This document shows, piece by piece, positions 9,587 through 18,743 of a stretch of 55,233 nt of DNA. Every line of letters starts with the position of its first letter. The stretch's first letter is position 1. The stretch comes from a virus (Duplodnaviria > Caudoviricetes). The notes beneath the pieces are model-generated. The model did no database searches. It worked only from the letters and a program-made list of their open reading frames with translations, and had not been told where the DNA came from. The position numbers and the translations under genes were made by a program. Location: positions 1-55,233 of the IMG/VR virus record IMGVR_UViG_3300031951_000200, one strand, 5' to 3'.

Positions 9587-9623
9587 ATCGAGGTGGTAAC
9601 TCTACTCCGCAATTAGATAAGTT

Positions 9624-9839
9624 TCAAGTAGAAGGTGGAGCTTTCTTCCGGCCTCTTTTCAAACACCCGCAGGAGCTAACCTTGCCTTGAACGAGGTTTT
9701 GGTAGTAGGCCTCGGTAGTGCCACCGCAGTCACAGACGCAGAACCAGCGCGAGTTGTTGTGCTGATTGCGCTCGATGAACTCGGTGACGAGGAGCTTGCC
9801 GTAGCGATTGCCGATGAGGGATTTGGAGGAGCGACCCAT
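9624..9839 (-). CDS. Stand-alone HNH-endonuclease N-terminal domain, paralog of 5837..6058
   Basis: GNRYGKLLV...WFCVCDCG...EAYYQNL...SSCGC. Confidence 0.7.
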   Translation of the reverse strand: MGRSSKSLIGNRYGKLLVTEFIERNQHNNSRWFCVCDCGGTTEAYYQNLVQGKVSSCGCLKRGRKKAPPST

Positions 9840-9842
9840 GGG

Positions 9843-10373
9843 TTACATCTGTGCGAGTTTGCGTGCCTGCTCCACCCGTTCTGGGGTGACGTGGCCTGCG
9901 ACGATGAGGAGGTCGAGTACGCGGTCGGAGATATGCGGAGCTGTGAATGACTTTTCTGGAGGTGATGCGGGCCAATTCTCCACTTTGATTGTTGCTGGGT
10001 CGTGGAGGCGGTAGAAGAGGATGGATGCAAAGCTAAGTTTTCGCCAATCTGGGCATGATGTGGTGGCGATTACAGTTCCACTCTCGCAAACAATATCTAC
10101 CTTCACATTAGTCTCCACAGGCGCAGGATCGCCGGGATTGTGAGCGTGCCACGGCTGGCCGTTGTCCGGGAGGTCGGGGGTGATGTAGGTGTAGCTGCTT
10201 TGATAGGGAAAGTTGGAGAAGATTGGGCTAAATTCAGCTTTGCTTCCGGGTAGTCTCCAAATTCGACATGGCAATATGCGCTCGCAGCCATACTCCTCCT
10301 CATACAGCAGCCTCCATCCTGCGGGGATTTTGTCGGTGGGCACGTTTTCGGGGTTGGCTGGGGTGGGTGTCAT
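9843..10373 (-). CDS. Hypothetical phage protein
   Basis: Start at MTPTPANP (ATGA overlap); WHAHNPGDPAPV...SILFYRL motif related to 25787..26296. Confidence 0.6.
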   Translation of the reverse strand: MTPTPANPENVPTDKIPAGWRLLYEEEYGCERILPCRIWRLPGSKAEFSPIFSNFPYQSSYTYITPDLPDNGQPWHAHNPGDPAPVETNVKVDIVCESGTVIATTSCPDWRKLSFASILFYRLHDPATIKVENWPASPPEKSFTAPHISDRVLDLLIVAGHVTPERVEQARKLAQM

Positions 10374-10657
10374 GGCTGCGTGTATTTGGGGAACAGATTG
10401 CCGATGAGTGGCAGGTAGGAGGCTAGGGTGCGGCGGCCTTTGCCGATGTAGGAGGCTTGGCGTTTGTTGAATAGCTCGTTGAGTGTCAGCCACATGCCGC
10501 CATCTGAGCACCAATCTGTTCGAGTGACGCAGACGTGGGTGTTGGTTGCCTTGGTGATGTAGAATGGCTCCAGCATGTCGTGGAACAGAATGACATACCA
10601 CTCTCCGGGAGATGGGCGCGGCAGTTCGGATTCGATTATTAGGGGTTCGGGTGTCAT
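10370..10657 (-). CDS. Hypothetical protein
   Basis: 95-aa ORF in operon. Confidence 0.55.
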   Translation of the reverse strand: MTPEPLIIESELPRPSPGEWYVILFHDMLEPFYITKATNTHVCVTRTDWCSDGGMWLTLNELFNKRQASYIGKGRRTLASYLPLIGNLFPKYTQP

Positions 10658-10800
10658 GGCAGGTTAGTTGGTGTATTTAGCTTTCCATTCGCGGTCATAT
10701 CGGTCATTGGCGTTGTATCTCCAATACCTGCCATCAGGAGTGCGGGATGGCAAGTGGAAAGGGATAAGTTATTTCTGGAGTAACAGGTCTGTTGAGAAAA

Positions 10801-10860
10801 CGCATAGGGTATCCGATAGCATATATCTGGTTTGTTGTATATACCCTATCTGGATAGCCT
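10801..10860. repeat. Second GATAG/CTATC site cluster, inverted relative to 8322-8347
   Basis: CGCATAGGGTATCCGATAGCATATA is the reverse complement of 8322-8347 apart from one substitution and one indel. Confidence 0.7.
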
Positions 10861-10867
10861 TTAACTT

Positions 10868-11593
10868 TCAATTTTGGCTGAAAGATGGAGGGGTGCCTAG
10901 TGCTCGTTCTTTGAAGGGTCTGCCGGTAGCCCTGACAGCCTCGATGCACTCTTCCAGCGTTTTGTAGCGCCATAGTGTGTTGTAAACCGGGTAGTAGTCC
11001 ACGTTCTCCAGTCGGCATATCTGCGTGATGTTCAGCCGTTGGCCTTTCCAGTGGAATTTAGGCGAGTTACGACGGTTGGAGGCCTGAGTGTAGCGATCTG
11101 CCCAGCGGCAGTTTTCAGGGCAGTAAGGCCCGTAGTTGTCGATGCGGTCCAAGGAATGCCCGTCAGGAGCAATTCCCATGTCGTCCACGAAGGCGTCGAA
11201 GCTATCTAGCCATCGCTGACAGACCCGGATGCCATTTGCCCCGTAGTTCTTGTAGGTAGGGTGACGCTCGTTGCAGCAGCGAGTCCGCATCGACATGTAA
11301 ATCCGCCACATTCGATTGGCTTGCGTGCGTAGATGGCCTACTGGACGCTGATTACGGTTGGCATGGACTTCACGCCGGTAGCAGCCACAGGACGTAGAGG
11401 AGCCACGGGAGAGGCCTGAGTAGCGGATTACCTTCCGTTTGCCGCAGGAGCACTGACAGAGCCAGAGGGTGACACCGTTAGAGCTTGTGCCTGCGTGGGA
11501 AAGGGCTGTAAGGCGTCCGAAGACGAGGCCTGTGATGTCTAGGTAGCGAGGAAGGGGAGTAGAAGGCGCTTCGAGGGGTGGATTTGTTTCCAT
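10868..11593 (-). CDS. HNH homing endonuclease
   Basis: FGRLTA...WLCQCSCG...SCGC...YKNYGANGIRVCQRW...SLDRIDNYGPYCPENCRWA. Confidence 0.9.
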   Translation of the reverse strand: METNPPLEAPSTPLPRYLDITGLVFGRLTALSHAGTSSNGVTLWLCQCSCGKRKVIRYSGLSRGSSTSCGCYRREVHANRNQRPVGHLRTQANRMWRIYMSMRTRCCNERHPTYKNYGANGIRVCQRWLDSFDAFVDDMGIAPDGHSLDRIDNYGPYCPENCRWADRYTQASNRRNSPKFHWKGQRLNITQICRLENVDYYPVYNTLWRYKTLEECIEAVRATGRPFKERALGTPPSFSQN

Positions 11594-11907
11594 GGGCTAC
11601 GGTAGAGCGTGTTAGAAACATTGCAAGGGAAAAGGATAAAGAATAAGGAGGGGTAGGTAGGGGTTGGAATTTTGGGGAGAAATTTTGATAAGCCCTGTCT
11701 CCGCTGTGCCTTGCCGGGTGTCGGCCCCTCGACCCCTACTTCCACCCGCCCGGTGGCGTGGCACCCCATGCCCTTCCATGTGCCCGCCTCTCCCCTCCTA
11801 GCTCCACGTTCTAGCCCTCCTTGCTCGCTAACTAAACACGGTCAAAAGCAATAGAGCGAAACAATAGAACAAATCAATACAGAAACCGGCCCCTTTCCGC
11901 CCTAAAA

Positions 11908-12435
11908 TCACTCCTCAGTCTCAATATCGAGAGCCTCACTCTCAAAATTGGGAAACTCAAACGCCGAGAACTGCGCTTGGCCATCAGTGAGCACGTTCAC
12001 CTGAACAGCCGCTTGTGCTTGAGGGCCGATTTTGCTCACGATGTCGGCAATGGCCTTAACATCGCCCCAACTTTTGACTTCGGGCATTCTGCCATCGGCC
12101 TGCTTTAGGCCTTTAGAGGCGATTTGAAGCAGGAGAAGCTCATTCTGGAGCTTCCCCCCTTGGATGGCCTCCTGAATCGTAGAAGCGGCTTTCTGCGCGA
12201 TTTCTTCGCTTTCCGGCCCCTTTGTTAGACTTGCGTTAGTTCTCGCCTCATGTGTAGCGATTAGCTCCCTATTCTGAGCCATTGCGGCCTTCCACATCGG
12301 ATCAGTAAATCGACGCTGGCGGATAGTTGTCTCAAGAACGCCAAACGTAGCGGAAAGCTCTTTGTCAGACACTCCGCGCAAGTTGGCGGTTTTCACTGCT
12401 TCCCACTCTTGAGGGCTTAGAACTGCTTCGGGCAT
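11908..12435 (-). CDS. Putative terminase small subunit (N-terminal HTH)
   Basis: WEAVKTANLRGVSDKELSATFGVLETTIRQR HTH, helical middle, beta/acidic tail. Confidence 0.45.
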   Translation of the reverse strand: MPEAVLSPQEWEAVKTANLRGVSDKELSATFGVLETTIRQRRFTDPMWKAAMAQNRELIATHEARTNASLTKGPESEEIAQKAASTIQEAIQGGKLQNELLLLQIASKGLKQADGRMPEVKSWGDVKAIADIVSKIGPQAQAAVQVNVLTDGQAQFSAFEFPNFESEALDIETEE

Positions 12436-12443
12436 ATATCGCC

Positions 12444-12472
12444 ATCCTTACGGTTAACCCTCCCGAAAACAA
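12444..12472 (-). promoter_or_regulatory. Putative promoter, CCGTAAG variant class
   Basis: TTGTTT...TTAACCGTAAGGAT, same geometry as 6066-6094, 8 nt before ATG 12435. Confidence 0.45.
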
Positions 12473-12542
12473 GTCTAACTTTCCGCTTGCATCAATGTAG
12501 TAATGTGCAACACTACCTCACGCCAAAGAAGGCGCTCCACAT

Positions 12543-12860
12543 ATGAAATACTCACTCAGCAACGCCACCCTCTCTCATTCCGTCTCCCAACTTGTCGAAA
12601 AGCAAAAGCTGAATGAAGCCTACAAGCTGCTTCCAGAGGCTAACGCCATTCCGAACTGCATCAACCGGCTTCAAAAGGCCTTCTCTGCTATCGAGCAGCA
12701 CTACGCAGAACTTCACGGCCTCCTCGGAGAAGTCCGGGAAGAGCTGGAACAAGACTGGAGTAAGGAAGAGGTCCGTTCCTTCCTCGCGGGAGCTTGGCAG
12801 GGTATGAGCAAGGCGGTGGATAATCAGGCCTATAAGGCGCTTGAAGCGATTTACCTTTAA
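12543..12860 (+). CDS. Early hypothetical protein
   Basis: First gene of the + strand C-rich early cluster. Confidence 0.65.
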   Translation: MKYSLSNATLSHSVSQLVEKQKLNEAYKLLPEANAIPNCINRLQKAFSAIEQHYAELHGLLGEVREELEQDWSKEEVRSFLAGAWQGMSKAVDNQAYKALEAIYL

Positions 12861-12936
12861 TCCACACCCCTCATGGGGGCCGCGCATCCTACACGCGGAA
12901 AACTCAAACGCTCCACCTCACAACCCGCCCTCAAAT

Positions 12937-13188
12937 ATGAAAAACGAATTTATCCAACTAAGTGACCGAGAAGCAATGCAAGCCTCTATTGAGTCCGCTG
13001 AGAGATGCGCCGCTCTGTTCTCTAAATCGGTTCAAACCCTCGCAGACTTCGCTTCGCAACGCATGAGAAACATGCCAGAACTTCCCAGCATTTTGTCCGA
13101 CATTCAAGGCGTGTCGCCTAGCCTGCCAAAGCTGCTTGAATCTCTGGCTCGGATTGATTCAAAAATTAGAAAATGCCTGCCCAAATGA
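12937..13188 (+). CDS. Early hypothetical protein
   Basis: Start at MKNEF. Confidence 0.55.
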   Translation: MKNEFIQLSDREAMQASIESAERCAALFSKSVQTLADFASQRMRNMPELPSILSDIQGVSPSLPKLLESLARIDSKIRKCLPK

Positions 13189-13409
13189 CACGCCGCTCAC
13201 AAGCCGAAAAAGTGGCCGATTACCTCGGTTCCGATATTGCCGATGTTCGCGCCCATCGCTATCAGCCTAGCCGCTACCACTCCCCGCAGCTTTTCGCGTT
13301 CTCATGCGGCTACTACTGCGCGAGCGATGCACCGCCACGCTATCCCCTGGGCGAATGGCAGGCCGCGAAAAACTTCCGGGGTGAATCCATCTACTTCATC
13401 AAACTATGA
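13185..13409 (+). CDS. Early hypothetical protein
   Basis: ATGA overlap with the previous gene. Confidence 0.55.
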   Translation: MTRRSQAEKVADYLGSDIADVRAHRYQPSRYHSPQLFAFSCGYYCASDAPPRYPLGEWQAAKNFRGESIYFIKL

Positions 13410-13499
13410 ACCGCCCCACCCTCCCTTCCTCCCTCTACCTCGCCCTGCGCACTCTCGCCGCATGGCTGATCCTCGCCGCTCTCTTCTCCCTGCTCTGCT

Positions 13500-13802
13500 T
13501 TGTCCCGTAACCACGCCATAAACATGAAAACTGAGCCAAAATCCTTTCCTCTCTCTGAAAGCTCTGCCAGAAAACTTTCCCGAGTCTTAATGTCTAAGCT
13601 CGGACAGCCGGAGGGCGGGAGTCCTAATTGCGATTTTTGGGGCACTGAATGGCAGTTAACATGGAGATACCGGAAAGACGATGGCACAACATGGGCGCGC
13701 ATGGGTTACGGTCCTACACGTAAAATGGTAACTCTTTCAGAGCGCACGGAAAAGACCGGCAAGAAAACCTTCCGAATCTGGATTCATCTTTGTGCCGTAT
13801 GA
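13500..13802 (+). CDS. Early hypothetical protein
   Basis: ORF in cluster; likely start MKTEPK. Confidence 0.5.
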   Translation: MSRNHAINMKTEPKSFPLSESSARKLSRVLMSKLGQPEGGSPNCDFWGTEWQLTWRYRKDDGTTWARMGYGPTRKMVTLSERTEKTGKKTFRIWIHLCAV

Positions 13803-13975
13803 CTCCCGCACAAGAACAACTCCACACACAACTCGCCCTCTCCCGCATCTTTGACCTCTGCAACGCCAACCGCGCTGCCCTCGCTAAAGCCCGCGAAGAC
13901 GCCAAACTTTCACGCTCCCGCCTATGGTATAGGGACGGCGAAACGGAAAACGAAAAACACGAAAAACGCTAACAC

Positions 13976-14641
13976 ATGAAAACAAATATCCACAAACGCC
14001 TAACCGCTAAACGCGCAGGTAAATACGTCTCGCCCTTCAAAACTGCCGACTACTCCTCACGATGGGGAGGCGAACACTTCAAAGTCGGTGAAAATGTCGG
14101 CTACCGCTCCACCTTTGGACGCTGGCACGAATGCCCGGAAACTCCTTTTCGCTTCATCGGCCTTGCTCACAAAATCGCGAATCTTCGACACACGGGATGG
14201 TTCACCCGTCACGAAGAATACAGCGAAACTGCACGAGGCGTTGTTTACCTGCTCCCGCATGGCCGTTTCATTGCTGCCATTGCTGATCCATTCCAGACAG
14301 ACAAAGAAGGACAAGGCCCTTGTATCGTGGAGGTAAACGCTAACGGCTCCCCGTGCCTCTACGAATCACAGGAAGAAGCCGCGCGCGCTGCCGATGGATT
14401 CGCGGAACGCTACGCCGAAGGCTCTCGCGAGGATGACCGAATCGAAACAGAGCGATTCCACAAAGAGCAGACAATTGAAGAGGCAAAGGAGGCATTGCGC
14501 GACTCCCGAAAAGAAGCTCGCGAACTGCTGGCAGAAATCCGCGCCAGCACGCTATCCCCCGGACTCTGCGAACGCATGAAGCGCGAGTTTCGCAACCTCC
14601 GCCGCGATATGCGCGAGGCGTTCCACACGATCCACGCTTAA
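13976..14641 (+). CDS. Early hypothetical protein
   Basis: 221 aa; HTGWF...ARGVVYLLPHGRF...AARAAD, a family seen in phage early regions. Confidence 0.7.
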   Translation: MKTNIHKRLTAKRAGKYVSPFKTADYSSRWGGEHFKVGENVGYRSTFGRWHECPETPFRFIGLAHKIANLRHTGWFTRHEEYSETARGVVYLLPHGRFIAAIADPFQTDKEGQGPCIVEVNANGSPCLYESQEEAARAADGFAERYAEGSREDDRIETERFHKEQTIEEAKEALRDSRKEARELLAEIRASTLSPGLCERMKREFRNLRRDMREAFHTIHA

Positions 14642-14842
14642 CCTTCCACCCCTAACACTACACCACTATGCCCACACTCAAAACATACAAACACGCCCAC
14701 ACGCTAACGCTCCCCAGTTACCCCGGCTACCGCCCGCCACTAGGCGAACAAAAACGCCACGCCGTCCGCTGCATTCTCGCACTGGTTGCGGTTGCGGTTG
14801 TTATCGTCATTCTGTAAATCTCACCCTCACTAAATCGCTAAT

Positions 14843-15301
14843 ATGAAAACCGAAACAGACACATCTACCGAATACGCTCCTGAAGTTCTCGCCCTCGCCG
14901 AATATCTCGATTGCGACCCCTCCGAACTCAGCGAGGAAAGCCACGGCTATTACAGCTTAACCGTTTACTCGCTAGGCTCGAAGGAATACGCCATCGGCAC
15001 CGATGAAGAGGCCGACAACGCCGCCCGTGAGTATATCGAAAGCTCTCTTTGGGCATTCAACGCCAGCTTCATCCTTTCTGAGTGCGATCTACCCCTAGAG
15101 CTTGAAGAAGGCATTCAAGCCATGCAGGAAAAGCAGTGCGAAAGCTGCAATGATGCAATTCTTGCCCTTGTCGAAAAGACGTGCGGCCTCGATTCGTTCG
15201 TGCAATCCGCCATCTCCGCCGATGGGCGCGGTCATTTCCTTTCGTCCTATGATGGCAATGAGGACGAGGCTGGCGAATACTACGTTTACCGGATTAACTG
15301 A
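14843..15301 (+). CDS. Acidic early protein (DGRGHFLSSYDG family)
   Basis: About 33 D/E versus 7 K/R in 152 aa (manual count). Confidence 0.75.
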   Translation: MKTETDTSTEYAPEVLALAEYLDCDPSELSEESHGYYSLTVYSLGSKEYAIGTDEEADNAAREYIESSLWAFNASFILSECDLPLELEEGIQAMQEKQCESCNDAILALVEKTCGLDSFVQSAISADGRGHFLSSYDGNEDEAGEYYVYRIN

Positions 15302-15313
15302 GTGACCCCATAC

Positions 15314-15340
15314 ACGGCGCATCCTTCGCGGGTGCGCCGT
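15314..15340 (+). other. Stable intergenic hairpin
   Basis: ACGGCGCATCC-TTCGC-GGGTGCGCCGT; no U tract. Confidence 0.55.
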
Positions 15341-15421
15341 CATGGCGTCACCGCCTCGCGATGGCCTGCCCTGCCTTCGCGATTAACCACGGGCAAACCT
15401 AAACCAAACCGCTAAACATAT

Positions 15422-15751
15422 ATGATCCCCGCAAACCTAGACAACCTTCCCGGATACATCGCCGCAAATCACATAGTTGGCCTCTCCCTTGACCGCCTCC
15501 CCAACGGGCAGGTGCAAGCCTGCGAAGTCCGCAAAGATGAGGAGGGCGAGCTTCGCGTTCCCCTCGGCTCCATGAGCACGGCAGACTTTTACACGCTCGC
15601 CGCTCGCCTTGGCGTTCAAATCCTCCCCTCGCGCTTCGCCTCCGCTCAAGAACTCGCCGCACATCGGCAGCAAATCCGGCGCAATGAGGAGCGGGCCGCG
15701 CTGGCCGATGAACTCCGCGCAAGCCGCAAAGATGGAAAGGGGGAGGCTTGA
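15422..15751 (+). CDS. Early hypothetical protein
   Basis: 109-aa ORF. Confidence 0.55.
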   Translation: MIPANLDNLPGYIAANHIVGLSLDRLPNGQVQACEVRKDEEGELRVPLGSMSTADFYTLAARLGVQILPSRFASAQELAAHRQQIRRNEERAALADELRASRKDGKGEA

Positions 15752-15754
15752 GCC

Positions 15755-16048
15755 ATGAAAGCGCCAAACATTACGCCGGGGCCGTGGATTCTCGACCCCG
15801 ACGAACGCGGAGACGGGTTCTGGATCGACTCAGACGCCACAGAGCCGGATGAAATAGCCAACGCCTGCACTAGTCACCTTGATTCGGTGCAAGCGAAAGC
15901 AAACGCCCGCCTAATCGCCGCCGCTCCACAACTGGCGGCGGCTTTGGAGCGTCTTTTGCGCGTTGCTAGTGTCGAACTAGCCGCAACGCGCCCGGACGTT
16001 TTAGAGCAGGCCAAAACCGCCCTCCTAGCCGCAGGCTACACCGAATAA
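15755..16048 (+). CDS. Phage protein (TPGPW...ANARLIAAAP family)
   Basis: Characteristic motifs present. Confidence 0.75.
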   Translation: MKAPNITPGPWILDPDERGDGFWIDSDATEPDEIANACTSHLDSVQAKANARLIAAAPQLAAALERLLRVASVELAATRPDVLEQAKTALLAAGYTE

Positions 16049-16064
16049 AAACCCTCCACCCCTC

Positions 16065-16098
16065 GCCGCTCCCTTTAACCGGGGAGCGGCTTCTTTCT
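16065..16098 (+). terminator. Intrinsic terminator
   Basis: GCCGCTCCC stem / GGGAGCGGC followed by TTCTTTCT. Confidence 0.7.
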
Positions 16099-16339
16099 CC
16101 CCATGTTCTCCCGCCCTCGCTCCCTCGCCCGTTTCCTCATCACTTACACCATCGGCCCGCGCTCCTACTCGATCACGCTCCCCGGCCAAAGTGCCGCCGC
16201 CATCCGCCAAGGCTGGACGAGCTGGCACCGAGGCGCGACGCTGCTATCCGTCGTCGAATGCGACGTTCACGGCCTGCCGGTTTAGGAGACGCAAAATTAG
16301 GAGCTGCGTTCCTTTTGATACCTTTTCGCATTGTCCGTA

Positions 16340-17248
16340 TCAGGATATTGACTTTTTCCGGCGTATTTCCCAAGCCCTTCTGCCGATTCCTTCAGCCTCC
16401 CAAGGCTTACTCTTCGCCAGCGTATCCGTCTTAGACCACGCCAATTTACCCCTTTTCGACTGAATCCTAGAAAATCTAGCCAGCGTGAACTCATCCCAAA
16501 TCCACCGGGCCACAGACTTCACGATCCCATTCAGTTCTACTTGCCATAACGGAAACGGAAACTCGGCATTTACAGACACCGCCAAGCCCGAAAGGTAAGT
16601 GGCAAAGTCATTCAAACTCCGCCCGTCTTTCTTAAATTTGAGAACCTGGCGGTAGCCGACCTTGCGAATGGCGTCGAAAACCGCACAGTTCCGGCCAATC
16701 GAACTAGGAGCCGCGACCTTTAACTTGTCCTTACGATCAAGGTAGTCATTGAGCCGCAAAAGGTCGTAGGTGCCGGATGCCGCCCAGTCTGTTTCCCATG
16801 CGGAATGCAGCGGATTCTTGCAAATCAGGCCATTGTAAGCCGGATCAGCCCCTAGACGCCTCGCAAAGCCCCTTTCTACGTCTTCAAACAGGCGAACAGG
16901 CTCACGGTGGCTCTTGGCGCTACACCCTACTGGAACGGTCAGCAAATAGCCAATATGGGCATGTCCATTTTTCCTGTTCACAGCGTAAAAATTAGGCGAT
17001 GGCAGGCCTCGCCTTTCTGGCTCGAACCAAGAATCAGGGTGATCCAAGTCAAAGACCATCCAACTCCAACGGAAATCCGAATTGGGCTGAATGTGCCGCT
17101 TTTGAGTGGCCTCATCGCGATCCCTCCGCCTCATATCTGGAAAATGGTCGCAACAAAATGGCCTATCTGGCAGCATTTCCGCAAAACGAGACTTGATGGT
17201 GTCTCGACGGTGAGTTAGGCTTTCCAAAGCCACAGGTGAGTCTTGCAT
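16340..17248 (-). CDS. rep: ColE2/pAL5000-type plasmid replicase (primase-type Rep)
   Basis: HIQPN...VFDLD...PNF..VNRKNGHAH.GYLL..PV...GADPAY.GLICKNP...GRNC..FD..R (PriCT) and C-terminal KPWEAEGIGRR. Confidence 0.88.
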   Translation of the reverse strand: MQDSPVALESLTHRRDTIKSRFAEMLPDRPFCCDHFPDMRRRDRDEATQKRHIQPNSDFRWSWMVFDLDHPDSWFEPERRGLPSPNFYAVNRKNGHAHIGYLLTVPVGCSAKSHREPVRLFEDVERGFARRLGADPAYNGLICKNPLHSAWETDWAASGTYDLLRLNDYLDRKDKLKVAAPSSIGRNCAVFDAIRKVGYRQVLKFKKDGRSLNDFATYLSGLAVSVNAEFPFPLWQVELNGIVKSVARWIWDEFTLARFSRIQSKRGKLAWSKTDTLAKSKPWEAEGIGRRAWEIRRKKSIS

Positions 17249-17263
17249 ACGCTTACTTGGGTT

Positions 17264-17298
17264 AAAAGCCGCGCAGGAGTAACGATCCTCGCGGCTTT
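17264..17298. terminator. Hairpin in the rep leader (bidirectional terminator or attenuator)
   Basis: AAAAGCCGCG-CAGGA-GTAACGA-TCCT-CGCGGCTTT. Confidence 0.55.
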
Positions 17299-17355
17299 GT
17301 CATTTTCGCACACCTTGGAATGAGCCGCAACCCATCATTTCATGTCGCAAAACAC

Positions 17356-17384
17356 TTGAACTCCTCGCTGAATTAACGTAAGGT
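17356..17384 (+). promoter_or_regulatory. Promoter, CGTAAGGT class
   Basis: TTGAAC-N17-TAAGGT; ATG 5 nt downstream. Confidence 0.7.
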
Positions 17385-17389
17385 TACTC

Positions 17390-17578
17390 ATGCGATTCAC
17401 CCGATACGGCGAACCATCCGACAAGGAAATAGACGCCTTGAAACAGCCTCCATCCTGCGAGCAATGCGGAGAACCCGTTCAAGAATACGGCGACCTATGC
17501 GAAGCCTGCGAAGATCAAAACGAGGCAGAACGTTTGGCCGACATTCTTCAAGACGACCTTAAATACCCTGACGATTGA
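17390..17578 (+). CDS. Small Zn-ribbon protein
   Basis: CEQC...CEAC. Confidence 0.6.
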   Translation: MRFTRYGEPSDKEIDALKQPPSCEQCGEPVQEYGDLCEACEDQNEAERLADILQDDLKYPDD

Positions 17579-17948
17579 TATGAAACACCTACTCAAACCC
17601 CAACCACATGAGCCGCAAAACCTCCGCGCAGGCGACCGCATCCGTCATCCACTGCGAGGCGAAGGCCAAGTGATCGCTGTCAACAAGCCCTACGTCCGAC
17701 TTTCGTTTGGCGAGACTTGGGGCGTGCTGCCGGAAAACACCGTCCGCAAAATATGATCCTCCGCCCCGCCATCCAAATCGACGCCGCAACTCGATACTGC
17801 ATCGAGCATGGGGTCGAGTTCAAGGGCCGCGTTGTCCTCCTCGATTCCTCTCTGCTGCGCCGGTTAAAGCTACCGGGCACTTTCAAGCCTCGTAAACGTA
17901 AAGTAAAACGCCTCGCACTAACTGAAACTAGACAAACAAACCAATAAT

Positions 17949-18548
17949 ATGAAACGCTACTTCGACCTCACAGAATCCGAAAAACTCGCCCTTTCCAGCG
18001 AGCAAATGACAGACGCGGTTAAAATTGAAGCCATTCACCGTGGCATCAAAACCCCTCTCTCGCTCGACAACATCGTGGAAAACATCGGCTGCTCCGGCTT
18101 CAACCTGCCCGCTGACTGCAAAACCTTCTACGAGATTTGCACGCCAAAACAATACGGTGGAGTTGAGCGCAGCGGCATCTGCTTCGTTACTCCCGACGAG
18201 GCTCGCAACGCCCTAAAAAACACCCTCTTTGTTGAGGAGGAAGGCTATCCGGCAAAGCGGGCAAAAATCATCAACGGCGAGTTCTCAGTCATGGAGCGAT
18301 ATGTGTCCGCTTTCCCGCTGACCAACTTTGCCACAAAGCTCAAAGAATACGAAGACGATACGCCTTGCGAGGCCTTCACCCAACTCTGTGAAGAGTGCCG
18401 CGACGACCTTGGAACCATTCGCCAACGCATCTATGACACCGAGGTTCGCGCTCGAAAGAAAGCTGAATACCTTCGACTCGCCCAAGGCAACGAAGAGATT
18501 GCCAAGGCATTCTGGTCCAAAGCCGAGTCTGGAAACTGGCCTGAGTAA
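17949..18548 (+). CDS. Hypothetical protein
   Basis: 199-aa ORF with phage-like codon use. Confidence 0.7.
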   Translation: MKRYFDLTESEKLALSSEQMTDAVKIEAIHRGIKTPLSLDNIVENIGCSGFNLPADCKTFYEICTPKQYGGVERSGICFVTPDEARNALKNTLFVEEEGYPAKRAKIINGEFSVMERYVSAFPLTNFATKLKEYEDDTPCEAFTQLCEECRDDLGTIRQRIYDTEVRARKKAEYLRLAQGNEEIAKAFWSKAESGNWPE

Positions 18549-18743
18549 TCTATATTCGACCCCCTTCCTAATGCCGCACTACCTAGCCAGCCAACACCTC
18601 GACACCATCCTCGCCTACCATGTATTACTCTTTCCCTTGCGCGACCGCCTAGCCGTGGAAAACGGTGCCATGCGGGCTATCATCACCTCATGGGCGGCGG
18701 TGCATCCTGAATGCCTGAGTCAACTCGAACAACAAGCGAAGCT

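Noticed and set aside
16290-16345. Exact ColE2 origin consensus downstream of rep
   Set aside because: Only loose resemblance (TATCA...CAGC); not called as a feature
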